From positions 13,614-77,613 of the forward strand of contig JAUCBJ010005613.1 of assembly GCA_032718475.1 (NCBI GenBank): a stretch of 64,000 bases of DNA, given 5' to 3'. The translations under genes were made by a program, and so were the position numbers. Position 1 is the stretch's first letter, and each line of letters starts with the position of its first letter. This document shows positions 1 to 16,000 of this stretch, one piece after another. Below the pieces are notes generated by a model. It worked only from the letters and a program-made list of their open reading frames with translations, made no database searches and was not told the DNA's origin. The DNA is from Nemertoderma westbladi (Eukaryota; Animalia; Xenacoelomorpha).

Positions 1-780
1 TACTGTTACATCACTGATACATACTGTTACATCACTGATACATACTGTTTCATCACTGATACATACTGTTTCATCACTGATACATACTGTTACAGCACTG
101 ATACATACTGCTACATCACTGATACATACTGTTACATCACTGATACATACTGTTACATCACTGATACATACTGTTACATCACTGATACATACTGTTACAT
201 CACTGATACATACTGTTACATCACTGATACATACTGTTTCATCACTGATACATACTGTTACATCACTGATACATACTGTTACATCACTGATACATACTGT
301 TTCATCACTGATACATATTGTTACATCACTGATATATACTGTTACATCACTGATACATACTGTTACATCACTGATACATACTGTTACATCACTGATACAT
401 ACTGTTTCATCACTGATACATACTGTTTCATCACTGATACATACTGTTACATCACTGATACATACTGTTACATCACTGATACATACTGTTTCATCACTGA
501 TACATACTGTTTCATCACTGATACATATTGTTACATCACTGATACATACTGTTACTCACTGATACATGCTGTTACATTACTGATATATACTGATACATCA
601 TGTTACATCACTGATACATACTGTTACATCACTGATACATACTGTTACATCACTGATACATACTGTTATATCACTGATATATACGGTTACATCACTCACT
701 GATACATACTCTTACATCACTGATACATAACTGATACATATTGTTCATCATTGATACATACTGTTACATAACTGATACAT
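1..780. repeat. 21-bp tandem array (TACTGTTACATCACTGATACA)n, runs off the window start
   Basis: Directly visible 21-nt periodicity, degenerating toward ~780. Confidence 0.95.
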
Positions 781-2507
781 AGTACACACGGATGGGTCCC
801 GGATGATATTACGGAAAAATATCGCTGGAATTAATTATGTATGGATTTTAATGAATGTTTGTGGCGGGTAATCCCGTAATCCCGTAATCCCACAACAATT
901 GAGCAATGACAATATATTCACTCATTCACAATGCTATTCCACACATTTGCACATCTGCATTATCATTCACTGCAGCTCCCCGGTCCATAGCGAAAAGGAT
1001 TGCTCTCTAAAACAGCAGACACTAAATGATTACTGGCTGACTGGGTTAATTTATAGCTGGAATTGCCTGACAGGTAAGATAAGTAAGTCCATCCATTTGG
1101 GAATGTGACTAAAGCATAATCCTGAGGGGTTAAAAACTGCTAGTTCTAGTGGAGATGACTTGAGTGGTTCTATGTACTGTATATGGGATGGGGAGCAGCC
1201 ACACTGGTGTGTGTCGGGGGACGCCCTTAGTGTTCCCAGAGGACCGCTGCACCTGCCATCAACTCTTATACAATTATAGGACGCAGTTTCGCGATTATAG
1301 CATCAAACGATCGCTTTTATCGGGAATTTGCCATAAACTAAACAGGAAATACACTCTGGATGGAGTAAACACCTATAGCCTCCAGCTGCAACCTTATTTT
1401 ATTATTTATTAGAATTATCCTTATTTCCCTAGTGTTTATCTGTCAATGCCAAGTGGTATATTATGTTGCACAACATATCAAAATTTATTTAAAAATTGAG
1501 ACCCCCCCCACCCCCCCCCCCGGGGGGGGGGGGGGGGGGGGGGTTGATGCAAATTCCACCTCGACGAATTAATTTTTCGTCTCAATGGTAAATTATCAAT
1601 TCATGGAAAGGAGCAGGTTAGATTGGTGCGTTATTTTTAACCAAACAATAAACTGCAGATAACGGGTTACAGTTTAATTTTTGGTAGTAATTACTGTATG
1701 ACTTTGTTACAAATATAATATTACACAAACACTACATTACCCGGTAAATTATTAATAACCTACTTTACAGTAATCATTTATGGGGGATGGTTCGTAATTT
1801 ATTTAATTAGCATTGGAGTCATTTCAGCCAAAAAGTCTTAGAAACAAATGGTAAACCTGATTGGTTATGCTGCTGCCTCTCAACGTGGTACTGTAGTCAT
1901 CAAGTCATATAAAGTTAAATGATATTGTAGGGTTGTGGTCGGGTTGCCTAATGCCTTGACATGCAAAGTCCTCGTACGTTCATTATTCCCACTACTCTAC
2001 TTCCACAGTAGAGTACAATCGTTGGATGTCTCCGGGCCATGTTTCCTTCCTTCGCGGCATCTAATTTACCAGATAATAACGGTTCCTCTGATCTCCGTGT
2101 TCTGATTACATCCCGGGTAGGTAAGGCTTCCCTCGGTTGTTCCTACTACTCCGAGATCATGCAGTTCGTCGCGTGTACGCTGGGGCAATCAGCCGACCAA
2201 TGTTTGATGCCAGTTCGCATGCTCATTCCACTTTTATTAATTAGAATGGAGTTTAGTGGCCGTAAACGTAACACTAAACTGGTATAAAATATCCGAAATC
2301 AGCACTCACTACGCCGACGGCACAATTACGGTTTGTTTAATGAGTAAATATTAAATTCAGTTGCAGAGAAAACATACAGCCAATCTCCAAATTGCAAGGC
2401 CCTTGCTCCATTGATAAGTCGTAAGCATATGACATACTCATACTATTATAGTCGACAAATTGTCAACAAATTATAGACTTGGGGTCTCGTCAGTTCTGAA
2501 GACTCCC

Positions 2508-3020
2508 GTTTGAGATGTCTAGTTAGATAATTATTTATTCCATTGAATTCAGAATCCTCATAAACCTCTAAAATGCGTGAAATAAGTTTTCACAATCAAT
2601 TAACCTATTGTATGGATTTTCAAAATTTCGTGCTGGCACCAAATTTTGCACACAACACTAAAAAACGGAAGTTTGCTAAGCCTGGTGTAACTTGTATATA
2701 TGCCATCGAAACCAGCACCCCAGAAACCCCTATTGCACAAAAAACAGATTCAAACTATCAATTTACTAAATTGACATTTTTCAAAATTTGGTGCTGGCAC
2801 CAAAATTTGGCATCCGCCGAAAAAAACTAAGTTTGAAATTTGTAGCTCATTTTATATGAATTACATCTAATTGCTAACACCAAAATAATAGAGATGTTAC
2901 AAATAATTTTTCATGAAATGTAATTTTCAAAAAACGTCTCAAAAAAGTGCCCATAGTAGTGTTAAAAAATGGTGGTATAACTCGAAAGCTCCCCCCCCCC
3001 CCCCCATTGGTTAATGGGGC
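2508..3020 (+). mobile_element. Partial copy of a non-autonomous DNA transposon (same family as 44719-45820 and 50455-51484)
   Basis: GTTTGAGATGTCTAGTTAGATAATTATTTATTCCATTG...GTGCTGGCACCAAATTTTGCAC...AAAAAATGGTGGTATAACTCGAAA matches ~50940-51430. Confidence 0.75.
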
Positions 3021-3211
3021 CGTACAGTAAAAGGAACAAATAAACTTTATAATTATAAATGTAAAGCTAGGGGATCTAGTTTGATTATAAATAGATAAAA
3101 TATATTTGTGTTGGATTATTCATTATATAAAAAAATTTTCACGAGTAATTATCATAAATCCGTAATAAATGGTGTTCGATTAAATGTGATACGAATCTTA
3201 GATTTCTTAAC

Positions 3212-4573
3212 TAGTAAATTAACATCTACTACTACTAGGATCGGCATGCTGCATTGCAGCTGCATTTTTAAGAATGCTGTGCCGGCTTGTCGACAAAATT
3301 GCGCCGCCACAACTCCCTATCAACAATGACATTTGCTAGATCAGCCGCACCATCAAAGCCAGTGAGTGTCCTTTAAGATGCGTCTCAAGAAAGTCATGGG
3401 CTGTCCATCCATGCTTATTCACTCCATGAGGCTGCCAAAGTAAAAGATTATGCACTGGCTGGTCCTCACGGCGAAAGCAATGTCCTGCAAAGCGGAGTCG
3501 ACTTTGTTCTAGTGTCAAGCTTGGGGGAAACAATGAGATACCTCCAATGTTATATAGTGTCTGGTTGGGGATGTGTGCATTGTACTTGACACAATGAACC
3601 CGGCGTAGCATTCTTGTGAATGTGCCATCCAGAGATTTGGTATCCTCAGCAGTTAGAGCCGGGACTCCCATAGAGGAGTACTGGAACTACTGCTGCTCTA
3701 AATAATCGGACCTTAAGTTTCCGATTAATTCTCGGTGACTTCAAAATCCTGGAAAGCCTATTCAAGGATGCCCATGCCTTTCCCTTACGTATTCGGAGGT
3801 CCTCACCTGACTTCCGGATCCATGATCCCAGGTAACAGAAGTCGTCCACATGCTCAAGCATACCATCTTTTGAGCTTATGCTCATCCGGTCAGAGACTTG
3901 CTGAGGACTTTCAAAGTTAACTGTCAAAATTTTGGTCTTTCTGGAGTTAGTAAAAAACCAACACTAGAAGGAGCATGTTCTAATGAGCTGAGGAGCCGTT
4001 GGGTTCCCTCTAGTGATTCTGAGAGTACTCCTAAGTCATCAGCAAAGTCTAGATCAGTTAGGTACTTGGCAGGATTTCCTCGACTTCTGGAGCCAGTAGG
4101 TGGAGTTATCATCACCCCATCATCATTATGATGATCTAAGGACAGGCGTAGAACATAGTCAACAACAATTATGAACAAGAATGGCGCAGAGTGCAGGCAA
4201 GACGCCCATAACACTTCAAATGGTTCTGTCACCGTCAACAGTAGACACAAATGTTGTCGAACCATCGTATACTGATCTGATTGCTGCAATAATTTTATCC
4301 GGAATCCTATATAATGAAAGTATGCTGAACGTGCGTGAGCGAGAGACTGAATCAAAGGCCTTGAAGAAGTCAAAGATAACAGCCAGACCTGTCTTTCTTT
4401 TTTGATAATTCTTCAATTATCCTTCTAAGTGCCAAAATGGGCTCCATGGTCCCACGACCTTTACGGAACCCATTCTGATTTCCACGGAGCAGTCTCTCAA
4501 TGGGATCCCTGATGCGATTTAATATAATTATATTGTATAGCTTTGCAGCAATCGAGATCAATGAAATCAGATC
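3212..4573 (-). mobile_element. 5'-truncated, frameshifted RTE-clade LINE (RT plus C-terminus)
   Basis: Minus-strand fragments [58 protein letters not shown]; (GTA)n tail at 3226-3237; 13-bp direct repeat TAGATTTCTTAAC at 3199-3211 and 4574-4586 (likely TSD). Confidence 0.9.
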
Positions 4574-7051
4574 TAGATTTCTTAACAACTTATATTAATA
4601 ACCAGTGGAGAGTGGGATCTGTAATTTTGACCTACAACTCAGACAAAATTTGGAAAGACTATGAGTCTCAATGACTTAAGCACAGGAGCACGGGCATAAT
4701 TAATTTCCTGAACTCGATTTATGCTAATTTTGTAAGTTTAAATTTTAGTAGATCTATTTTCATTGCGTACAAAGAGAAAAACGCATGTAAATATTTATCT
4801 AATACACTCTGTCCATAGAAGTATAGGGTGGCCAATTTTGAATGGAAATAAGCCCTACTATTTCGTGATATCTTCTAAAGGAACCAACCTAACTTAGATG
4901 TTGGTTTTGATTTTGGATTGTATTTCAGGATCTAGACTTTTTAATCTCCATAGGTAATCTCAGGTACAATTCTAACCATAAACAGGCAAAGTCGTATCTA
5001 TTCTGCTAGCATACCCTACTATATTTAACTTGGGTCAGGTCAGGTTTTCCGAGTCATTGATACAGAAAGCTGCCAGCACCTGCCACGGATAGTAGATCGT
5101 GATAACAGACGAAATCATGCAAAAAAGAAGCGAAAACAATGTAGGGAGAATAGGATGTAGAATGGGAATGGGATGTATAATGGGATGTAGGGAATGTAGG
5201 TAGAACATAAGAAAACAGTTAGATCGTTTAAAATCCAGGTTAATATCAATATTAAACATAACTAGGTGTTATAATTAATTTAAAATGTTGTTGAATTTAT
5301 GTCGCCAAATTAAAATTACTCTGTTCCCATTACAATAATAATGAGAAGCCCAGAATGAAAATAAAAAATATAGGCCTTTCATGTTCTGTGAATTCCCCTG
5401 TTGCGTTGTTGTGATTGGTCCTGGTACCAGAAATTCCTCCATGGTCGTTACTAGCATTCGACCTATGACTATTCGACCTTTAAACATCAATTATGTTTAC
5501 GTACTGTTATGCTTGGCCTCTCTTAGTTTCAATACCTTTCCTTTACTCTTTTGTTGCATTTCCTAGCGCAGCCCCGTGAGAATATCTTGCGCTCGAGCCG
5601 AGACTTACCAGTCAGCTCACTCTGTGACTAATATAGCCCATGCTCTGCTGCTATAAACTACTGGCTTTTATCTTAGTTGCTTTTAGTTTTTTTTACATAG
5701 TTTGGTTTTTATTTTGCTACTATACCTGAAAGATTTTTTGATTTAAAATAATAATAAATAGTTTTAACTATTATTGATTTGTCACGATTTTACTCCATTG
5801 ATTGTTAACCCAGTGGATTGTATTGAAACTGATAAAGCTATAACAAGAGGAGCAGTAAGGATACCCACACAATCGTGCATCCTGGGATTATTGTGGGAGA
5901 AGCAACTACTGTAGCAACCTTTCAAGCATTAAAACCACTACCAAAACATAATACCTTGAATTACGTTTCGCTCTCTCGTATAATTTATTCAGACTGACCA
6001 ACGTTATCAACCCACTAAACATACGCATATGTAATATGCGTAACATTATTACCCTATATTATACATTATAACATATCATCCCAGTATGCATATGTTTTAC
6101 ATAATCTTTCTTTATCTTTTATGTCGATTTTAAGATATATGAGGCCTGCTGCTGCTGATGATGGCTGGTACTATGATAGGCTTCTATTTATCTAGGTAGG
6201 CCTATGCATATTTTATGTATGGAAGTACTTATGGCTGTCGCAGCCGTGAACCGTGCCCGTGTTTTGGTTGTATAAATCCGGAGTGGCCTCCGGCTCGTTA
6301 CATTTAAATTATTGGAAGTGTATTAAATATTATTACTGCTGTGTTAAAGATATAGTTTATTATATTAAAAAATGTATATTTAATTTTAACTACAACATAA
6401 CAATAATTTCATTCATATTTTACTTTACTTAGTAATGTTGTAACGTTATTTTGTATATTTAAAATATGAGGATAATATAAAGACTTTACTGTATTCTGAG
6501 ATTAGACGATGCATAACTCACATGTTACGAGACTCTGATATATGAAACTTTCTATAGTGTAACGATTTAGAAGTTGTCAATTAAATTACAATTTTTAGCG
6601 TCTCTCAATTCCATGATGCCCCGCTAGATGGCTACATGCACAAATTATATAAAAAACTTGTGAAGAATCTCCATGGCAATGTTAAGAAACAATGACTTAT
6701 TGATGCAAAGGTCATGGTATATTATAAAGTGTATAACGTAATACACTAATAACATAAAATCCTATATCATAGATTATGCTGTATTAATTAATATACAGGC
6801 TACCATTTCCGCAATACTGTATTACATTATAGATCAATTAAATATAAACCCTCCCCCAATATAATATAATTATATATAATATACAAATCCACTACCAGTA
6901 TAATCTATATATATAAACCCACTTCCAATATACACCAAGAGTTGGGGTTTTCCACAATACAATATAATGTAGTGGCGAATTGTCCGAATGAGTTTCTATT
7001 TCTTTTGTTCCAAATGAATTGATTGGCTGTTAGCCAAAGTGTGAATAGTGT

Positions 7052-7090
7052 TCATGTACTGACGGCAACACATTTGTTAGAGCGACACCA
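7052..7090 (-). CDS. Reprolysin exon 11 (terminal): [12 protein letters not shown]
   Basis: Acceptor ATATTCCTTTAG, phase 0; completes the GK-xC-xxx-KCV end of the ADAM Cys-rich domain; TGA at 7054-7052. Confidence 0.8.
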   Translation of the reverse strand, partial: WCRSNKCVAVST

Positions 7091-10000
7091 CTAAAGGAAT
7101 ATAACATATAATAAATATAATACAGCGCCTGAACTAATAGAGGATGGCGGTGTAAGTTCAAATCAATTTCGCATTGTTGTGACTCTACGCATTATACTTG
7201 AGACATTATTATTGCTTACGCTAACCCAGCGGTAAAATGGGAATCTGGCTTCAGCTGGGGGAGTAAAGAAACAGTTGGGTAGTGACGTAGTCCCTGCCTT
7301 ATAGGCTTTCCAGGATTTGGAAGTCACCGAGAATTAATCGGAAACTTAAGGTCCGATTATTTAGAGCAGCAGTAGTTCCAGTACTCCTCTACGGGAGTCC
7401 ATGCTGGGCTCTAACTGCTGAGGACACCAAATCTCTGGATGGCACATTCACAAGAATGCTACGCCGGGTTCATTGTGTCAAGTACAATGCACGCATCTCC
7501 AACCAGACACTATATAACATTGGAGGTGTCTCATTGGTTCCCCCAAGCTTGACACTAGAACAAAATCGCCTCCGCTTTGCAGGACATTGCTTTCGCCGTT
7601 AGGACCAGCCAGTGCATAATCTTGTACTTTGGCAGCCTCATGGAGTGAATAAGCATGGTGGACAGCCCATGACTTTCTTGAGACGCATCTTAAAGGACAC
7701 TGGCCTTAAAGATGCGGATGATCTAGCAAATGTCATGGGTGATAGGGAGTTGTGGCAGTGCAATTTTGTTGACAAGCCGGCACAGCATTCTTAAAAATGC
7801 AGCTGCAATGCAGCATGCCGATCGTAGTAGTAGTAGTAGTATAGGTAACAGCTTATAGGTATTAACGTACACATAAATAAAACTTAGTACACTATTATAG
7901 TAATAGTAGAGTACACATATATAAATTGAAATAACCAAGTATCCCTCTGTTTGTACAGGACCTAAACAACTGAGAGAATGGAACGATTGTCTCGACAATA
8001 TCGTGTTAGATGTATGGGTAACTATAACTTATATGGGTGTCTATAACATAACTTATATGGGTAACTATAACTTATATGGGTGTCTATAACATAATTTATA
8101 TGGGTATCTAAAACTTATCTGGGTATCTATAACTTATATGGGTATCTAAAACTTATATGGGTATCTAAAACTTATATGGGTATCTATAACTTATATGGGT
8201 ATCAATAACATAACTTATATGGGTAACTATAACTTATATGGGTGTCTATAACATAATTTATATGGGTATCTAAAACTTATCTGGGTATCTATAACTTATA
8301 TGGGTATCTATAACTTATATGGGTATCTAAAACTTATATGGGTATCTATAACTTATATGGGTATCAATAACTTATATGGGTATCTATAACTTATATGGGT
8401 ATCTATAACTTATATGGGTATCTATAACATAACTTATATGGGTATCTATAACATAACTTATATGGGTATCTATAACATAACTTATATGGGTATCTATAAC
8501 TTATATGGGTATCTAAAACTTATATGGGTATCTATAACTTATATGGGTATCAATAACTTATATGGGTATCTATAACTTATATGGGTATCTATAACTTATA
8601 TGGGTATCTATAACTATAACTTATATGGGTATCTATAACTTATATGGGTATCTATAACTATAACTTATATGGGTATCTATAACTATAACTTATATTGGTA
8701 TCTATAACTTATATGGGTATCTATAACTTATATGGGTATCTATAACATAACTTATATGGGTAACTATAACTTATATGGGTGTCTATAACATAATTTATAT
8801 GGGTATCTAAAACTTATCTGGGTATCTATAACTTATATGGGTATTTATAACTTATATGGGTATCTAAAACTTATATGGGTATCTATAACTTATATGGGTA
8901 TCAATAACTTATATGGGTATCTATAACATAACTTATATGGGTATCTATAACATAACTTATATGGGTATCTATAACATAACTTATATGGGTATCTATAACA
9001 TAACTTATATGGGTATCTATAACATAACTTATATGGGTATCTATAACTTATATGGGTATCTAAAACTTATATGGGTATCTATAACTTATATGGGTATCAA
9101 TAACTTATATGGGTATCTATAACTTATATGGGTATCTATAACTTATATGGGTATCTATAACTATAACTTATATGGGTATCTATAACTTATATGGGTATCT
9201 ATAACTATAACTTATATGGGTATCTATAACTATAACTTATATTGGTATCTATAACTTATATGGGTATCTATAACTTATATGGGTATCTATAACTATAACT
9301 TATATGGGTATCTATAACTATAACTTATATGGGTATCTATAACTTATATGGGTATCTATAACTATAACTTATATGGGTATCTATAACATAACTTATATGG
9401 GTATCTATAACATAACTTATATGGGTACCTATAACATAACTTATATGGGTATCTATAACAGAACTTATATGGGTATCTATAACTTATATGGGTATCTATA
9501 ACTATAACTTATATGGGTATCTATAACTTATATGGGTATCTATAACTATAACTTATATGGGTATCTATAACATAACTTATATGGGTATCTATAACATAAC
9601 TTATATGGGTACCTATAACATAACTTATATGGGTATCTATAACAGAACTTATATGGGTATCTATAACTTATATGGGTATCTATAACTATAACTTATATTG
9701 GTATCTATAACTTATATGGGTATCTATAACTATAACTTATATGGGTATCTATAACTTATATGGGTGTCTATAACTTATATGGGTATCTATAACTATAACT
9801 TATATGGGTATCTATAACTTATATGGGTATCTATAACTTATATGGGTATCTATAACTATAACTTATATTGGTATCTATAACTTATATGGGTATCTATAAC
9901 TATAACTTATATGGGTATCTATAACTATAACTTATATGGGTATCTATAACTTATATGGGTATCTATAACTATAACTTATATGGGTATCTATAACTATAAC

Positions 10001-13000
10001 TTATATTGGTATCTATAACTTATATGGGTATCTATAACTTATATGGGTATCTATAACTATAACTTATATGGGTATCTATAACTTATATGGGTATCTATAA
10101 CTATAACTTATATGGGTATCTATAACTATAACTTATATGGGTATCTATAACTTATATGGGTATCTATAACTATAACTTATATGGGTATCTATAACTTATA
10201 TGGGTATCTATAACTATAACTTATATGGGTATCTATAACTATAACTTATATGGGTATCTATAACTTATATGGGTATCTATAACTATAACTTATATGGGTA
10301 TCTATAACTTATATGGGTATCTATAACATAACTTATATGGGTATCTATAACTTATATGGGTATCTATAAATATAACTTATATGGGTATCTATAACTATAA
10401 CTTATATGGGTATTTATAACTTATATGGGTATCTATAACTATAACTTATATGGGTATCTATAACTATAACTTATATGGGTATCTATAACTTATATGGGTA
10501 TCTATAACTATAACTTATATGGGTATCTATAACTTATATGGGTATCTATAACATAACTTATATGGGTATCTATAACTTATATGGGTATCTATAAATATAA
10601 CTTATATGGGTATCTATAACTATAACTTATATGGGTATCTATAACTTATATGGGTATCTATAACTTATATGGGTATCTATAAATATAACTTATATGGGTA
10701 TCTATAACTATAACTTATATGGGTATTTATAACTTATATGGGTATTTATAACTTATATGGGTATCTATAACTTATATGGGTATCTATAACATATATGGGT
10801 ATCTATAACATAACTTATATGGGTATCTATAACATAACTTATATGGGTATCTATAACATAACTTATATGGGTATCTATAACATAACTTATATGGGTATCT
10901 ATAACATAACTTATATGGGTATCTATAACATAACTTATATGGGTATCTATAACATAACTTATATGGGTATCTATAACATAACTTATATGGGTATCTATAA
11001 CATAACTTATATGGGAATCTATAACATAACTTATATGGGTATCTATAACATAACTTATATGGGTATCTATAACATAACTTATATGGGTATCTAACTTCAG
11101 GGTATCTATAACATAAATTATATGGGTATCTATAACATAACTTATATGGGTATCTATAACTTATATGGGTATCTATAACATAACATATATGGGTATCTAT
11201 AACTTATATGGGTATTTATAACATAACTTATATGGGTATCTATAACATAACTTATATGGGTATCTATAACATAACTTATATGGGTATCTATAACTTATAT
11301 GGGTATCTATAACTTATATGGGTATCTATAATTTATATGGTTATCTGTAATTTATATGGGTATCTATAACTTATATGGGTATCTATAACTTATATGGGTA
11401 TCTATAACTTATATGGTTATCTGTAATTTATATGGGTATCTATAACTTATATGGGTATCTATAACTTATATGGGTATCTATAACATAACATATATGGGTA
11501 TCTATAACTTATATGGGTATTTATAACATAACTTATATGGGTATCTATAACATAACTTATATGGGTATCTATAACATAACTTATATGGGTATCTATAACT
11601 TATATGGGTATCTATAACTTATATGGGTATCTATAATTTATATGGTTATCTGTAATTTATATGGGTATCTATAACTTATATGGGTATCTATAACATAACT
11701 TATATGGGTATCTATAACATAACTTATATGGGTATCTATAACTTATATGGGTATCTATAACATAACATATATGGGTATCTATAACTTATATGGGTATTTA
11801 TAACATAACTTATATGGGTATCTATAACATAACTTATATGGGTATCTATAACATAACTTATATGGGTATCTATAACTTATATGGGTATCTATAACTTATA
11901 TGGGTATCTATAATTTATATGGTTATCTGTAATTTATATGGGTATCTATAACTTATATGGGTATCTATAACTTATATGGGTATCTATAACTTATATGGTT
12001 ATCTGTAATTTATATGGGTATCTATAACTTATATGGGTATCTATAACTTATATGGGTATCTATAACATAACTTATATGGGTATCTATAACATAACTTATA
12101 TGGGTATCTATAATTTATATGGTTATCTGTAATTTATATGGGTATCTATAACTTATATGGGTATCTATAACTTATATGGGTATCTATAACTTATATGGTT
12201 ATCTGTAATTTATATGGGTATCTATAACTTATATGGGTATCTATAACTTATATGGGTATCTATAACATAACTTATATGGGTATCTATAACATAACTTATA
12301 TGGGTATCTATAATTTATATGGTTATCTGTAATTTATATGGGTATCTATAACTTATATGGGTATCTATAACTTATATGGGTATCTATAACTTATATGGTT
12401 ATCTGTAATTTATATGGGTATCTATAACTTATATGGGTATCTATAACTTATATGGGTATCTATAACATAACATATATGGGTATCTATAACTTATATGGGT
12501 ATTTATAACATAACTTATATGGGTATCTATAACATAACTTATATGGGTATCTATAACATAACTTATATGGGTATCTATAACTTATATGGGTATCTATAAC
12601 TTATATGGGTATCTATAACATAACATATATGGGTATCTATAACTTATATGGGTATCTATAACTTATATGGGTATCTATAACATAACATATATGGGTATCT
12701 ATAACATAACATATATGGGTATCTATAACTTATATGGGTATTTATAACATAACTTATATGGGTATCTATAACATAACTTATATGGGTATCTATAACATAA
12801 CTTATATGGGTATCTATAACTTATATGGGTATCTATAACTTATATGGGTATCTATAACTTATATGGTTATCTGTAATTTATATGGGTATCTATAACTTAT
12901 ATGGGTATCTATAACTTATATGGGTATCTATAACATAACTTATATGGGTATCTATAACATAACTTATATGGGTATCTATAATTTATATGGTTATCTGTAA

Positions 13001-16000
13001 TTTATATGGGTATCTATAACTTATATGGGTATCTATAACTTATATGGGTATCTATAACTTATATGGTTATCTGTAATTTATATGGGTATCTATAACTTAT
13101 ATGGGTATCTATAACTTATATGGGTATCTATAACATAACATATATGGGTATCTATAACTTATATGGGTATTTATAACATAACTTATATGGGTATCTATAA
13201 CATAACTTATATGGGTATCTATAACATAACTTATATGGGTATCTATAACTTATATGGGTATCTATAACTTATATGGGTATCTATAATTTATATGGTTATC
13301 TGTAATTTATATGGGTATCTATAACTTATATGGGTATCTATAACTTATATGGGTATCTATAACATAACATATATGGGTATCTATAACTTATATGGGTATT
13401 TATAACATAACTTATATGGGTATCTATAACATAACTTATATGGGTATCTATAACATAACTTATATGGGTATCTATAACTTATATGGGTATCTATAACTTA
13501 TATGGGTATCTATAATTTATATGGTTATCTGTAATTTATATGGGTATCTATAACTTATATGGGTATCTATAACTTATATGGTTATCTGTAATTTATATGG
13601 GTATCTATAACTTATATGGGTATCTATAACTTATATGGTTATCTGTAATTTATATGGGTATCTATAACTTATATGGGTATCTATAACTTATATGGGTATC
13701 TATAACATATATGGGTATCTATAACATAACTTATATGGGTATCTATAACATAACTTATATGGGTATCTATAACATAACTTATATGGGTATCTATAACATA
13801 ACTTATATGGGTATCTATAACATAACTTATATGGGAATCTATAACATAACTTATATGGGTATCTATAACATAACTTATATGGGTATCTATAACATAACTT
13901 ATATGGGTATCTAACTTCAGGGTATCTATAACATAAATTATATGGGTATCTATAACATAACTTATATGGGTATCTATAACTTATATGGGCATCTATAACA
14001 TAACATATATGGGTATCTATAACTTATATGGGTATTTATAACATAACTTATATGGGTATCTATAACATAACTTATATGGGTATCTATAACATAACTTATA
14101 TGGGTATCTATAACTTATATGGGTATCTATAACTTATATGGGTATCTATAATTTATATGGTTATCTGTAATTTATATGGGTATCTATAACTTATATGGGT
14201 ATCTATAACTTATATGGGTATCTATAACTTATATGGTTATCTGTAATTTATATGGGTATCTATAACTTATATGGGTATCTATAACTTATATGGGTATCTA
14301 TAACATAACATATATGGGTATCTATAACTTATATGGGTATTTATAACATAACTTATATGGGTATCTATAACATAACTTATATGGGTATCTATAACATAAC
14401 TTATATGGGTATCTATAACTTATATGGGTATCTATAACTTATATGGGTATCTATAATTTATATGGTTATCTGTAATTTATATGGGTATCTATAACTTATA
14501 TGGGTATCTATAACTTATATGGGTATCTATAACATAACATATATGGGTATCTATAACTTATATGGGTATTTATAACATAACTTATATGGGTATCTATAAC
14601 ATAACTTATATGGGTATCTATAACATAACTTATATGGGTATCTATAACTTATATGGGTATCTATAACTTATATGGGTATCTATAATTTATATGGTTATCT
14701 GTAATTTATATGGGTATCTATAACTTATATGGGTATCTATAACTTATATGGGTATCTATAACTTATATGGTTATCTGTAATTTATATGGGTATCTATAAC
14801 TTATATGGGTATCTATAACTTATATGGTTATCTGTAATTTATATGGGTATCTATAACTTATATGGGTATCTATAACTTATATGGGTATCTATAACATAAC
14901 ATATATTGGTATCTATAACTTATATGGGTATTTATAACATAACTTATATGGGTATCTATAACATAACTTATATGGGTATCTATAACATAACTTATATGGG
15001 TATCTATAACTTATATGGGTATCTATAACTTATATGGGTATCTATAATTTATATGGTTATCTGTAATTTATATGGGTATCTATAACTTATATGGGTATCT
15101 ATAACTTATATGGGTATCTATAACATAACATATATGGGTATCTATAACTTATATGGGTATTTATAACATAACTTATATGGGTATCTATAACATAACTTAT
15201 ATGGGTATCTATAACATAACTTATATGGGTATCTATAACTTATATGGGTATCTATAACTTATATGGGTATCTATAATTTATATGGTTATCTGTAATTTAT
15301 ATGGGTATCTATAACTTATATGGGTATCTATAACTTATATGGTTATCTGTAATTTATATGGGTATCTATAACTTATATGGGTATCTATAACTTATATGGT
15401 TATCTGTAATTTATATGGGTATCTATAACTTATATGGGTATCTATAACTTATATGGGTATCTATAACTTATATGGGTATCTATAACTTATATGGTTATCT
15501 GTAATTTATATGGGTATCTATAACTTATATGGGTATCTATAACTTATATGGGTATCTATAATTAATATGGGTATCTATAACTTATATGGGTATCTATAAC
15601 TTATATGGGTATCTATAATTTATATGGTTATCAGTAATTTATATGGGTATCTATAACTTATATGGGTATCTATAACTTATATGGGTATCTATAACTTATA
15701 TGGGTATCTATAATTTATATGGGTATCTATAACTATAACTTATATGGGTATCTATAACTTATATGGGTATCTATAACTTATATGGGTATCTATAACTTAT
15801 ATGGGTATCTATAATTTATATGGGTATCTATAACTTATATGGGTATCTATAACATAACTTATATGGTTATCTATAACTTATATGGGTATCTATAACTTAT
15901 ATGGGTATCTATAATTTATATGGGTATCTATAACTTATATGGGTATCTATAATTTATATGGGTATCTATAACTTATATGGGTATCTATAACTTATATGGG

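Noticed and set aside
1950-2290. GC-richer segment with faint zinc-ribbon-like translation on the minus strand (PGCNQN...RCREG)
   Set aside because: Interrupted by stops and too weak to assign; possibly a transposase relic
5035-5079. Alternative terminal exon VLAAFCINDSENLT*
   Set aside because: Phase-compatible but has only one Cys; 7052-7090 supplies both expected Cys and a better acceptor
8913-13914. (MGIYNITY)n ORFs, and similar repeat ORFs at 28616-29035, 46473-46953, 48768-49185, 49921-50169 and 59537-61505
   Set aside because: Products of tandem repeats with no splice or domain support
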